A stretch of DNA of 64,000 bases. Source: Felis catus. Its lineage: Eukaryota. Made by a program: the position numbers and the translations under genes. Positions 25,710 to 38,388 of this stretch are shown here, piece after piece; the first letter of the stretch is position 1, and each line of letters begins with the position of its first letter. Below the pieces are notes generated by a model. The model worked only from the letters and a program-made list of their open reading frames with translations, was not told where the DNA came from and searched no databases. The stretch spans positions 179,554,001-179,618,000 of the forward strand of contig NC_058368.1 in NCBI RefSeq assembly GCF_018350175.1. Reading direction: 5' to 3'.

Positions 25710-26687
25710 GTAAGTAACGCATGGCTCTCCAGTGCATTTCATTTTCAACTCTTAGGCCTTGTGAAAATGTTCTGCTGCCCTGACATCACACCCGTATGCA
25801 CTAGGTGACAGGACTTACCATTCTGCAGCAGAAAGCACTTCATTAGTGTACCCAGGTTTTCACAGGTATCTCATTCTGTGTCTCCATGCTGCTGGCTGGG
25901 CTAGCCCGATGGAAGAAGTCAATTCCAGTGACAGGGAAAACAGAGGGCTATTCACAAATAAATCAAAAGGCCCAGCTTCTAGGATGACAGCAATGTCAGG
26001 TTGACTGACCATGCTACTCTTCCATAGAGATTATAATTTCTTCTCCAGCCTGTGCATTAAAAGAGCAATCAGAACAAAAGTTATTTATGTTGTTGCCTAA
26101 TGGAGAGGAGGAGAGGAGGGAGGGGGAGAGTCAGACAGGGTCAGAGCCCTTGTTATACACCCACAGCTGTATGGACAGGTAGCAAAATTTGGGATGGGTA
26201 TTGGTGCAAAAGGGGAGCAAGGAATATCAGGTTTCCTTGCTAAATATTGAACACTTTAACCCGTCCCTAAATCTGTCAGTGGTAAGAATGTGCCTAAAGG
26301 CTTGTCTATTGGCAAGTCTCAGACATTTAGAGGTATAGGAGAGGAGCAATTGGAGCCTCTTTCCTACTTTATTCAGAGGTTGATTTTGACCCATGAGTGT
26401 GGCTCCAGACCTGGAGCACCATTTGGGCCATCTGGACACTGCCTTGGTGTTTGTTGTGTTATGGAATTGTGGATGACAAATGTCTACTAGAAGCAGCGGC
26501 TAAAGTCTTGGTATCTGAAGCCACCTCCTTTTTACCAATAACCCTTTGTAATACAGTGAATTTTGTGGTAGGGACAGGAAGCACCAGGTTCTGGTCCTAC
26601 ATCAGAATTAACTGCCCATGGGATCTTAGGTGAATCACTGTACCTCTGTGGGCTTCAGTTTTCTTGTGTGTAAGATGAGGAATGGCT

Positions 26688-27120
26688 AGTATACTAGTTT
26701 GCTAAGGCTGCTGTAACAAAGTACCACACACTGGGTGGCTTAAACAACAAAACTTATCATCTCACAGTTTCTGAGGCCTGAAATCCAAAACCAAGGTGTC
26801 AGCGGGTTTGGTTTCCTTTTGAGGGCTGAGAGAGGGTGGGGATCTGATCTAGGCCCCCCTTCTAGCTTCTGGTGGCCTTGGGAATCCCTGGTTTCTAGAT
26901 AATTGTCTTCTTGCTGAGTCTCTCACATTTTCTTCCTTCTATGCAGGTCTCTGGTTTACATTTTCTATTTTTATAAGGACACCAGTCAGATTAGAGCCCA
27001 CTCTAATAACCACATTTCAACTGAATTACCTCAGTGAGGACCTTATCTCCAAATAAGGTCACATTATGATAGCCTGGAGGTTAGGACATCAACATATGAG
27101 TTTGGGGGGCATAAGTTCTT
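26688..27120 (-). mobile_element. MaLR solo LTR (MLT1B/C-like)
   Basis: tactagtttgctaaggctgctgtaacaaagtaccacacactgggtggcttaaacaac...ccaaataaggtcacatt...gttaggacatcaacatatga. Confidence 0.85.
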
Positions 27121-27250
27121 CTAACTCTTATAATTGTGCATTTAATGCTTTATGGTTTTAACATTTTCATGTAGTCTATTTATTCTCACTGCAACCTGTG
27201 GAATATTACTTGTGCTACGTTGTTTTCCTGATTGAGAAGTAGATAGTACT

Positions 27251-27485
27251 GGGGTGCCTGGGTGGCTCAGTCGGTTGAGCGTCCAACTTCCACTCAGGTC
27301 ATGATCTCACGGTCGTTGAGTTTGAGCCCCATGTTGTGCTCTGAGCTGACAGCCCAGAGCCTGGAGCCTGTTTCGGATTCTGTCTCCCTCTCTCTGTGCC
27401 CCTGCCCCCATTCATGCTCTGTCTCTCTCTCTGTCTCAAAAATAAACATTAAAACAATTTTTTAATTAAAAAAATATTTAGAAAA
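27251..27485 (+). mobile_element. Felid SINEC
   Basis: Full head-to-tail element; TSD gagaagtagatagta at 27234-27248 and 27486-27500. Confidence 0.95.
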
Positions 27486-29519
27486 GAGAAGTAGATAGTA
27501 GTAATGATGGTGATGACAACCAATGTATATACGGTACCTTTCACAGACCAAGCTCTGTGTTATGTGGTTATTAACTCCTCTCTGCCCAGGAGAAATAAGG
27601 GGCATAGTTGGTTTAGTTGTCCCAGCTTCACATGGCAGGTAACCATGTGGAAGAGAAATCAGAGCCCTGAACATGTTCTTTCTGACCTCTGTGCAGAGCT
27701 GCTGTCCATTTACATTATAGAAATTTTAGAAAACCAAGAAGAAACAGCCTACCCATTTTGTAAATGCAGCCCTGATGTGCGAGTAAGTTGCTTATGTGAG
27801 TTTCCCTGAACACCAGTGTGTGGGGGCACTAGGATCTGAATGTCAGGCCTCCAGATAACAGATGTTTTCCCCTTGATGTGTTCTCCAGTCTGTGACATGT
27901 TCACGCTCCTCTCACCATCCTCTGGGTGGGAGTGGTGGGGGATGGGGAGAGAAGGTGGAGGGCAGAAGGGGGAGACTCCACCCTCTGCCCAGTCTTTCTT
28001 TTGTCCTGAGGAGTCACGTGTCTGTGAAATGACCAGCAGCTCTCACAAGATGTATGTGGGTCAGAACTGAGACTGGGACAGGTTGAGGGAATTCTATGGC
28101 TCAGTTTCAGGGTAATTTTATTGAAGAAATAGAGGCAGTAAACTCCTGATTCCAGGTCATTTGACAGCTTAAAGAACAAACATGTAACTTCTCTGTTTCC
28201 ATTTCCGCCCCCTGTATCTGTAAGAGATTTCCTTTTACATAAGTCAGAAATTTTGCCTAATGTTTCATTTTCTAACCAAGTTAGCAAAGAAAACCCTTTG
28301 ATTTTGTTACCATTACATCAGAAGACTAATAAAAATTCCGATTTCCATATCTGCTCTCTACAAATAAGAAAGTTTAAAATAATCACAAAAGATCGTATTA
28401 ATATCCTCTGGATGGTCTACAGCATTTCTTTGACTCCAGTTTATCTTTTGTTTAATTGGCACATTCTTCTTATTTTGATAACCAATGCCAAAACACTGCC
28501 CCTCCCCTGCTTTATAGACACTGTTAATATACTGTGTTTCATTACCTTCCTTATCAACTCAAAGACAATTCCATTCAAGTGGCCCTTTATTACTGTGAAA
28601 GAATCTGCTAGGTGGGATAGCTGAAATGCTTTCTAACACCAGTAAAATACCCAGACATTTAAACCATATTTTCCCTCACTCTATTCTTCTCAGCTGAGTA
28701 ACCTAGACAACTATCTTTTTTGAAAAGCTTTCATCACACCTTAGCACATTCCCTATATCTGTTTCTTATTTACAATTTATAGTGAAGCCAGAAAAGACTC
28801 AATAGTCCTGAATAATTTGAGTTTGCCACCTATTTCCATGCAGAACTGTTAATACAGTGCAGGTGAATGGGCAAAAGCAGATAAAATGGAGATTAGGGAA
28901 CTTTGGTCTCATCGAAAGGCAATTTTCCCCAAATAAAGTACATTCAAGAAGATATAAGAATTGCCCATAACAATCCTTTGTCCCACAGAGTGGGAGTGAG
29001 GAAGGCTCTCTTCTGGTGGTATCAATTATATTCCCTTTCTTAGTACTCTGTTGCAAGAACTCTGCTATGCCCACAATGTGGGAACCAGCTTTATCCCAAA
29101 TGGGGTTAATAAAAGAGTTAAAATCCACCCAGCCATCATCACAAGGGGCGATTTCCGATTCTGATCCAGTGTTAAAACTAAAAAAATAACAGTGCCAAAA
29201 GAGCTGAAAATGAACACAGTCTGTGTGTCTTTAACTCAGAACAGACTCAAACCATGGGCAGCCTTCTGGTCTTCCAGCCTTTCCTGGATCCCTGACCTCC
29301 TGCATCTGGTCAGTAAAACGAGAGTGATATCAGTGGCATTAGCACATTCTCCTGAACTGCATCCCAGCCTAGGATTCTCGAAGGAAGGTTCACAACGTCT
29401 GCATTCACTGATTCATTGATTCATCAAATGTTGATTATTCATTGAGCCTCTAAAAGTCAGGTACTAGGCTGGACTCTGATAGATCTAGGAATTAGATCTA
29501 GAAAGGAACCCTAGCTACC

Positions 29520-29960
29520 TTACCAGTCAGGATGCCAGCAGGAAAAAGATGGCACTCAGAGCTAAATAAAGAATTATTTACCAAAGTGTGGGCAAAGTTA
29601 AGAGAAACCAAGGAGACATGGTGCAGTTTCCTGGGTATAGTGACAACAAAGAGCCCCAGCAGCCCTCTGGCCTCAAGGAGCAGTGGGAGGAAGTAGTTAT
29701 CTAAGCCTACAAAGGTAGGAGCTACCTGATAATTGGACCTATGGTCTTAGGTAGAGGGACACAATCAACCTGAAATGACTTGGCAGGGAAGGAGGTGGCA
29801 ATAAATCCCTCAGTCTCACTTTTGTCCTGCCCTCTCATCTCTTGCTGGTGACTTCCATTGGCTAAACCCAACTGGAAGGCAAAGTCAGAGAAGCTTCTTG
29901 AAGTGATAAAAGTTAGCTTCCCAGAGCCTGAGCAAAGTGGAGAAGGGGAAGATATCTAAC
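29520..29960. mobile_element. Old ERVL-type solo LTR (LTR33-like; subfamily uncertain)
   Basis: taccagtcaggatgccagcaggaaaaagatggcactca...ttccattggctaaacccaactggaag. Confidence 0.5.
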
Positions 29961-30384
29961 AAAGATATATTTGCATTTTTTTTACCCCCCTTTCTGAAAG
30001 AAGCAGAACTAAAAGATTCATCATAGGAAGTTGGAGTTAAACTCCTTCAGAAACCCAGTGAGAATATGACACTCAGTCCCCATCGTGTTGCTCCTTGTTA
30101 TTATTGGGAAGTAATCACAACAAGCTCTGTGATGGATTGATTGATAGTAAAAACCCAGCTAAACAAACCCCCAGCCACTAATATTGAACTAGCTCCCTGG
30201 TTAGCAAGATGTGCTAGTGTGAGTCTGTTAGCATTCCAAGGCACTCCTTGCCATATGGCAAAATGGAGAGGGAGAGAAGGGAAGAAAAAGAACATTTATT
30301 AAGCCTCTAATTGTACTCCAGATCCTGGGCTAGATAATTTATACACTCGGTTCCATTTTTATTCAGACAAGGACTTATGTGATT

Positions 30385-30439
<55 letters not shown>

Positions 30440-30442
30440 TTT
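30385..30442 (+). repeat. (TTTA)n tetranucleotide microsatellite within a MIR relic
   Basis: Direct reading; flanked by MIR-like ttttacaaatgaaacagagt...agaggtt. Confidence 0.9.
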
Positions 30443-31118
30443 TAATTTTACAAATGAAACAGAGTCCCTGAGAGGTTGACTAGATAGCCCAATGTCACCC
30501 CAGCAGCCGGTAAGAAAGCAGGAAAGGGATTTTACACCAGATTTGGCAAGCACACCAGACTGGGAGTTAGGGAGTCTACCCAATATACAAATAATTTTTC
30601 CTTGGGTGAGTCTCTTAGCCTCCCTGCTCCATGGTGTCCATATCTGTTAAGTAAGGAGGGCCAGCCTCCAGAGGCAGAGTAACATGAATGTACAGACTGG
30701 AGTAGGTGAGGACGGTGGAAGACTGAGGAGCCTGTGTGCCTTGCCTGACCCCATACTCAATTCCCGCCAATTGTTGGTATTTGGAAATGCAGGAGCTGAT
30801 TTTTCAAAAGGAGTTTCTTTTGTGATGTGATGTGATGTGATAGTGATTTTTAATTATTTGTAAAAAAAAAAAAAAAACTCACAAAAATGTAGAATGTCAT
30901 TGAACCCAAACAAAATACTCTTATCATTCTGATAGTCTCAGTCAGACACCTCATACATCCTAGACTAGGACTTTTCCTTGATATAAAATCAATATGTTAT
31001 GCAGCCCAAAGTCCTCTTTAGCTTTTCATTTGTCAAAAGCCTTTATTAGGTGGCTGCTGTGCTAGGCAACTGTGTTAGGGCTAGGAATATGATGACAAGC
31101 AGAAGTTCTCACCTTCTT

Positions 31119-31323
31119 GGGCCGCCTGGTTGACTCAGTTGGTTAAGCATGCGACTTCGGCTCAGGTCATGATCTCACAGTCTGTGGGTTCGAGCCCTGT
31201 GTTGGGCTCTGTGCTTACAGCCCAGAGCCTGGAGCCTGCTTCGGATTCTGTGTCTCCCTTTCTCTCTGCCCCTCCCCTGCTCACGCTCTGTCTCTCTCTC
31301 AAAAATATTAAAAAAAAAAAAAA
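31119..31323 (+). mobile_element. Felid SINEC
   Basis: TSD aagttctcaccttctt (31103-31118) / aagttctcacgttctt (31324-31339), one mismatch; poly(A) tail. Confidence 0.95.
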
Positions 31324-32371
31324 AAGTTCTCACGTTCTTAGTCCTTACGCATAGTGGGAAAGATGGACTTGAAAATAAATGCAAAGACCCAAGTGTTAAG
31401 CCCAAGAAGTATAGGGGTTATAAAATGCCTTGGAGGTGGTGGACTAGCATAGATGCAGTTGTTCTGAAATGAAGGCCAAACCTTCCCTAAAGTTTCCTTC
31501 TGTCCTTCTGATTTTCCTTCAGGTGCTTCAGGGCACCCCTCCTCCTGCCTAATCCAGAGGAACCCTAGACTCTACCTTCCAAACAAACATCCTCCAATCA
31601 CAGATGCATCCTCCTAAGTCTCATTCAGTGACCAGGGTTAGTCCTAGATGGAAACTGTGCAGCCTCCATATTTCCCTTCCCTACTGTTCAGCTAATCCAT
31701 TTTAGGCTGCCATTTTTTTTAAATTAGGAAAACAAATGTTTCATTGTATACTCAATTCTTAGGATATGGCGTATGCAGAAATCAACCTCACTTAATTAGT
31801 GGAGGACTTTGGAGGTCAGCAGAGTTTGTGGCTGGACTAGCTTTTGTGACCATCACCCAGATGTTGGGAACAGCCAGGCCCTGAGCAAGCAGAGTTTCTG
31901 GCATGGGCAGTTGTCCAACAATAGGGTCACCCTTCCTGCTAGGTGACCCAGAGACAGTGCACAGAGAAGGCCCTTTTTAATGAAGTATTTTTGAATCCTT
32001 AGAGGAGGGAGCTCCAAGGGAAGAGATGCTGAATATATGTGTGGTTTTCATAAGAAGCTGCTTTTACCTCTTCCTTTTCTGTGCAACATCCTGCAGTGCT
32101 TGGGGGGACATTTGCTGAGAACATTCTTAAAATAGAGGCATGGAAACCAATCTGTCAGGTAGAAGTGTGCAGGCGGCGAAACCCTGGTTACCGTGACACC
32201 AAGCTGGCATGTGAATTATCTTGTCCCACCAGACTGATCCCAGTTGGGGGGCGGGGGGCAGGGCAGAGTGTTGTGGGAGGGGCTGAGTGACCATGCCCGC
32301 TGGGCCTGATGCCTAGCATGGAGACCCCTTAGACCGCTTGTCCTTGACCGCTGCTGTCTCTGTGGTTCTAG

Positions 32372-32443
32372 GCATCTGGAAGACAACCAGGTCAGCGTCA
32401 TCGAGAGAGGCGCCTTCCAGGATCTGAAGCAGCTGGAGCGATT
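32372..32443 (+). CDS. SLIT3: SLIT3 coding exon 3 (72 nt, one 24-aa LRR)
   Basis: Acceptor tgtctctgtggttctAG at 32370-32371 and donor GTAAGT at 32444. Translation [23 protein letters not shown](L); splices in frame to exon 2 (tt+g = Leu). Confidence 0.97.
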
Positions 32444-33639
32444 GTAAGTATAATACAACCTCCTTTCTTGAAAAGTCTTTTTTTTTTTTTTTTGTAAATT
32501 GACTTCATTGCGACCTTGCCAAAAAAAAAGTCTCCAATGTTTAATAAAATGTTTGCTGTTTTATTTAAAGCACATCAGATGCATGTTAAAGAGACATGGA
32601 GATCCTTTTAAACTCTTTTGCTTTATTTTATTTTTTTTAAAGTCTTTCTCTTCAAAAGATGCTAGATTTGGCATCTGGGCTTTGTTTTCCTTCTTCCCAG
32701 GCTTGAGCCGTTGCTATTGGTATCTGTACATGGGGGTCCTTCTGGCCCAAGCCTCAGCCTTCCCTTTTGCAGAGGAAGGAAGCCAGAAGCCGGTTATCCC
32801 TGCCATGGAGGCCAGTGTCAGATACGCTCTATTCCCCTGCATGGGTAGCAGGCTCCCTCGTCAGGCCCTCTCCTCCCCGAACCCCCTCTGCCCCTCACGG
32901 GAGAAGGATGGGAGAGTGGGCAGTCCCGCTGGTGTGCCTGTATCTCCTCTGAGCATCAGCCTGTGTCAGGGAGCCCACATGTTTCCAGGAGAGAATGTGG
33001 TGCCAGGGTTTAAAAATAGGCTGCTGTTCTGACTATCAGAGGGAGAGATGAAGAGGGGTGGGGATGGAGATGGATGGAGCCTCCATTTGTTTTGGTGATT
33101 AATGCCTTTGCAGAAAACTCTTGGGTCACTTTGATGGGGTGCTGCTCAGATGGTTAAGTGGGCAGCTTCACCTTTCCTCAGTTAATCACATCTGGCAGCT
33201 CATAACATCTGGAGATTTGCTTCCTGCGCTCTAAGTGGGGATTGTCCCCAGGAGTACTTAGTCATGCTGGTGGGCGGCTCTCTTCCCCGTTTCCCTCCAC
33301 ATCCTGGTTGGCCTGACATTTCAGCCTCTTTCTCCTGCAGTTGGGAATAGGGCTGCAACAGCTCCCTGCTCCATCATCCTTCCTAGAAGGATCCTGTTCG
33401 ATTTACCTGTTGCCAAATCTCGTCTCCAGAGATGGGGTTGGGTGCGGTGGAGGGCCTGCCACCACCGTGTTAGCTTTGTGATCCTCCATCTTTTCCCTTG
33501 GAGTCATTGCATCTGACGCAACACAGGTATTATCCAGCAAAACCCTTTACTGCTCCTCTTTTGTGTGAACCGTCCCATTTATTGCTCTCCTTGTAGGTCA
33601 TAGGTCAGCATATGTTCTGTTGTTGGTTTAAAAATGTGA

Positions 33640-33845
33640 GGCACCTGGGTGGCTCAGTCGGTTAAGTGTCCAACTTTGGTTCAGGTCATGATCTTTTGGT
33701 TCATGAGTTTGAGCCCCGTGTCAGACTCTGTGCTGACGGCTCAGAGCCCAGAGCCTGTTCGGATTCTGTGTCTCCCTCTCTCTCTCTCTGCCCTTCCCCT
33801 GCTCATGCTCTGTCTTTGTCTCTCTCAAAAATAAATAAACATTTA
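33640..33845 (+). mobile_element. Felid SINEC
   Basis: gcacctgggtggctcagtcggttaag head; TSD aaaaatgtga on both sides. Confidence 0.95.
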
Positions 33846-34059
33846 AAAAATGTGACATTTATTTCTTATAAAAGAAAAGAGTTCTAAAAATAATGAATGC
33901 TGCCTCTGTTTACATTTATATTTTTAAGTTTCTTAAACTTTAAATTCTTCTCCTTATTTAGACCAATGGAAAAATAAAAGTATTTATTGAACCTGGTTCC
34001 TTTGTATGAGATATTAAACATTTCTATGGAAGAGTAAAATATATAATCCCTTGTGTTTT

Positions 34060-34261
34060 ATGTTAATGTTTATTGATTTTGAGAGGGTGGGGGGAACATG
34101 AGTGGGGGAGGGACAGAGAGGAGGAGAGAGAGAATCCTAAGCAGGCTCCGCATTGCCAGCAAAGAGCCCGATGTGGGACTCAAACTCATGAACTGTAAGA
34201 TCATGACCTGAGCCAAAATCAAGAGTCGCACACTGAGCCGACTGAGCCATCCGGGCGCCCC
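34060..34261 (-). mobile_element. Felid/carnivore SINEC
   Basis: aatgtttattgattttgaga...gatcatgacctgagccaaaatcaagagtc...ctgagccatccgggcgcccc. Confidence 0.93.
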
Positions 34262-34359
34262 TGTACAGTCCTTTGTGAAAAGGCCACCTCTTGCTTAGTC
34301 TTCTGATTAGAAGGGTAAGCAAACTCCTAATTTATTCATTTCATGATTGTTGGGAGGGA

Positions 34360-34560
34360 ACTAATTGAGTGCCTTAGACATGCTGGGAACTATGCTGATG
34401 TTTTATGTGCTATCTGTTATTTTATCCCCATAAAATTCCTGTGAGGTGTTACTACCCTCATTTTGCAGATGAAGAAACAAAGGCTCAGGGAGGTGAAGCC
34501 AAAGAAATGTCAAGGGTGGGGGGCAGACAAAATTTAAAGCCACATCTGTCTGACATCAAA
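34360..34560 (-). mobile_element. MIR SINE
   Basis: cctgtgaggtgttactaccctcattttgcagatgaagaaacaaaggctcagggaggtgaa. Confidence 0.7.
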
Positions 34561-34791
34561 GTCCCACACCCTTTCATACCTCTGTGCTCGGACATTAGAT
34601 GAAGTGTGATCTTTAGCAGTGGCCCTGCAAATGGCCTCTCACATACGCACTTAACTCCAGGGAATATCAGTGAAATATGCTGGCAAAAGGCACTTTTCTT
34701 TGGCATGGTGAACACAGCTGAAATACTGTGCATGTCTGGGGGACTGAGGGGATTACAATTGCAGGGTAAACCTGGCTGTTTCTCTACTTTG

Positions 34792-35230
34792 GTGTATTAA
34801 GAAGCTAATGCTAGCTGCTGTACTAGATAAACCCTCAAATCTCACAGCTTAACACAGTGGAAGTTTACCTCTTATTCATATCAAACCCAGTAAGGGTGTT
34901 CTTGGTTTCTGGGCCTCTCCCCTTCAAGGGGAGAGTTGGGGACACAGACTCCTTTTACTCTTCAGCTCCACTATCATTAAACCTTGGCTTCCAAGGTACC
35001 AATGTGTGTCTGAATCAAGCCACTGGAAAACAGCATGAAGGGTTGCACGTGGAAGGTTTTCATGGGCAAGACCTAGAAAGAGTATATATCACTTTCACCA
35101 TTATATACCTTGGATTAGAAATTGTTCACGTGGCCACAGTAATCTGCAGGAGAGGCTAGGAAAGGTAATCAAGCTATATGCCCAGGAAATAGAGGAAATG
35201 GGGTTAGTGAAAAGGTAACCAGTCTCTGAC
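34792..35230 (-). mobile_element. Old MaLR solo LTR (MLT1K/L-like)
   Basis: tgtatta...aatgctagctgctgta...ccctcaaatctcacagcttaacaca; ctgcaggagaggctaggaaa; aaccagtctctg. Confidence 0.65.
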
Positions 35231-35972
35231 TAATAGTGCAAGTGATCTAAAGAAATGGTTGGGCAAGAAGGAGAATGGAAGTAGAGGTAGCTGGCTCAGT
35301 GTGCACAGTTAGATGGGCCCCTTTAGTTAGGGTTTCCCGGTGTCAGTGAGGGGGAGGGTGTATGTGACATTATCCTGATGTGTTATTCTGGTGTTGGTTT
35401 TCCAGTCTGCTCCCAGACAGATGAGGGCTATAGAGTGGGAAAATGTAACATATTTGTTGTTAACAGCTAAAGAAGTAGATGGCTGATTGTGCCGTCTGTA
35501 GCTCTCACTCCTGGCTTCCCTTACCTGTGTCTCCATATTTTGTGGTAGATTCATCTTTGTCATACTTTGAAATACAGCCTAGAAATGTTATGGGTTTTGA
35601 TAATTCATTTCTGAAGTACTGATTTTCATTATGAATGGTCTTTATTGGTTCGATCTCTTGAGCCTTAATGAGGAAGGAGAGAGAATTCTGTCCCTCACAT
35701 CTCAAATCTGAGTTCTTCATTCTTCCGTGAAAGGCCTCTGCTGTAGACTGAGTAAGGTGCTTCTCTTCACATACAGCAATGATTGTCCTTATGACAGCAC
35801 TGATCATACCATGTGTTAATTCTCTACTTGCCTGATTGTTCCTCCCCAAAACCATAAATGTGTTGAAGTCAGAAATCCTGTTTCATTAGGTCTTAATCTC
35901 AGAGCTTTGCACAAGGCATGATGGTTAGTGCTTGTGGAATACTTATCAAATACTTGGGTTTTTGTTCCTTAC

Positions 35973-36198
35973 CAGTGGTTCTGAACTGGGACCAATCCCC
36001 CCCACCCCCCATCCCCACCCAGAGAATACTTGGCAATGTCTGGAGACATTTTTGGTGGTCACGACTGGAGGATGCTACTGGTGTAAAATGGGTGGAGGTC
36101 AGGAATGCTGCTAAACATCCTACAATGCACAGGACAGTTCCCACAACAGAAAATTATCTGATCTAAAATATTAACAGTGCTGAGGGTGAGAAACTGTG
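35973..36198. mobile_element. MER20 hAT-Charlie element
   Basis: cagtggttctgaac...ttggcaatgtctggagacatttttggtggtcacgactgg...gctgctaaacatcctacaatgcacaggacag...gtgctgagggtgagaaac. Confidence 0.9.
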
Positions 36199-37887
36199 CT
36201 CTTTATTTACTATGTGTCAGATAGCATCACAGACACTTGACGTATGCCATCTCATTTAATCTATACAATATTATGAGGTTAGAATGACTGTGTCCCTGAC
36301 ATGACAATATAAAATTCAGAGCATTGCCTTTAAAGTTGTATTGTTAAATATGTCTTCCCTACATCTAATTTAGCTACATCTCACTTTTGGTTTCCCAAAA
36401 GAGGATAGGGTAGAGGATCGAGTTAAATGAAACCAAGAAACATAAACAAATCCCGTAGGTAGGACATTCTACAAGACAACTGCCTTGGTCTCTTCAAAAA
36501 TCAATGTCATGAAAGACATGGGAGTTGGCAGTTGCAGATTAAAAGAAGCTTAAGATATAAACAGTAGCAAAAAGTTGGAAGGGTCAATAGAGTATAAGTG
36601 TTCTAAGATCTTTGAATTAACCAGGAAGTGATAATAGCACTAATGTTTATTGCCTTATCAAATCAAGGATGCATGTTGCAATCTGTAGGATAGCCTCTAG
36701 AAAGAATGGTTTAAAAAATACAATAGCCTAGTAGAGGAAGAAAGGACATAGAATGACACAAAGAGAAATATGATTCATTCAAATCAGGGGTAAAAGGAAA
36801 GAGAAAGGAACATAGGACAAATAAGACAAAGAGAAAACAAATAGAGGATGATCTTAAACACAGAAATATCACAATTATTTTGTATGTAAACAGGTTACTC
36901 CTCCATTTGAAAGGCAGAGTAGATAAAATAACAAACAATAATTATATGCTTTATACAAAGACAAACATTAAGCATGAAGATAGAGACAAATTGAGAGTAA
37001 AAGGATGGAAAAGATACCATGAAAATATGAACCAAAAGAAGGTTGGTGTGATTCTGTTAATACTACATAAAATAGACTTTTAAAAAAGTAACACTGTTGG
37101 AGATGAAGAAGGCTATTTCATAATGATAAAGGAGTAAATACACCAGAAAAATAGAGAGAATCTGTATTTGTATGTGTTTAAAAACATAGCCTAAAAATAC
37201 ACAAAGCAAATATTGACATAATTAAAAGGATAGATAAGTTTATATTCATAGTTAAGATACTGTTATTGTAATTAGTGGGATAAACAGATACAGTTATTAG
37301 TAACAACATGGATTATTATGATATTAGTGACAATATGAAGTATTATTCATAATAATGTGGAATAATATGACAAACTTTGCAGATCTGACCCAAATCATAT
37401 GTAGAGAACACTGCAACCAAAAAATGTAGAATAAACATTTTTTTTCAGGTGCATATGAAATTTTTATCAAGCACTGGTCTACAGTCAGGTCTCAACAAAT
37501 ATCAAAGGGTTGAAATCATATGGAATATTTTCTCTGACTACAGCAGCAGAAATATTTAAGAAGTCAATAAGAAAACAATAACTGAAAAGTTCAATATATT
37601 TGGAAATTGAGTATTATACTTCTAAATAAAATCTTAAACTATCACATGGAAACTGGAAGATATATTTTCTGAATGTTAATAAACACACTGTATATCACAC
37701 AATGGATTATAGCCAAAGCCATGCTCAGAAGATAGTGTATAGTCTTTAAGCTATATTATTCAAGTTATGATATATGCTATCATATACTTAAAATGAAGTA
37801 AGGATAAAATCTTGATGAAAGAACCCATCTTAAGAAGCTAGAGAAAGAACAAAACAATAGAAGAAAGGAAGTCAGTAAAAGCAGAAG

Positions 37888-37895
37888 TATATGAA

Positions 37896-37926
<31 letters not shown>

Positions 37927-37947
37927 GAAATATATATATATATTTTA

Positions 37948-37995
<48 letters not shown>
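37888..37995. repeat. Interrupted (TA)n microsatellite inside L1
   Basis: Direct reading. Confidence 0.95.
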
Positions 37996-37998
<3 letters not shown>

Positions 37999-38079
37999 AA
38001 AACTCTGAAAGGCCAAACTTTCATTCTTACAACAATAAAATTATAAAAACTAACAAGACTGATCATAAAACAAAACAGA

Positions 38080-38275
38080 GGGGCACCTGGGTGTCTCAGT
38101 TGGTTAAACATCCAACTCTTGAGTTTGGCTCAGATCATTATCCCAGGGTCGTGGGATCAAGCGCTGCGTAGGACTCCATGCTGAGCATGGAGCCTGCTTA
38201 AGATTCCCTCTCTCTCCTCTGCCCCTACCCCCAGCTCTCTCTCTTTCTCTCTCTCTCTCTCTCAAAACAAAAATA
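38080..38275 (+). mobile_element. SINEC (older-looking subfamily)
   Basis: ggggcacctgggtgtctcagttggttaa...cccagggtcgtgggatcaagc...(CT)n, A-rich tail. Confidence 0.93.
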
Positions 38276-38388
38276 AAACAGAACAAAGGAATACAAAAAG
38301 AAAGAAGTAGTCTTTCCAATTGCCAGTATGAAAGATAAAAAGGAGGACATTTGTATGAATTTTACAGATTAAAATGATAAAAGAGTAG

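Noticed and set aside
32580..32585. RBFOX motif TGCATG downstream of exon 3
   Set aside because: A hexamer that occurs many times in this window; no support without conservation data.
32499..33032. 177-aa ORF just downstream of exon 3
   Set aside because: TTG start, no recognisable domain, low-complexity intronic composition. Exon 3 has a canonical donor and its frame does not run into this ORF.
36880..37083. ORF resembling an endonuclease
   Set aside because: Decayed L1 ORF2 endonuclease fragment with frameshifts and stops; not a functional gene.
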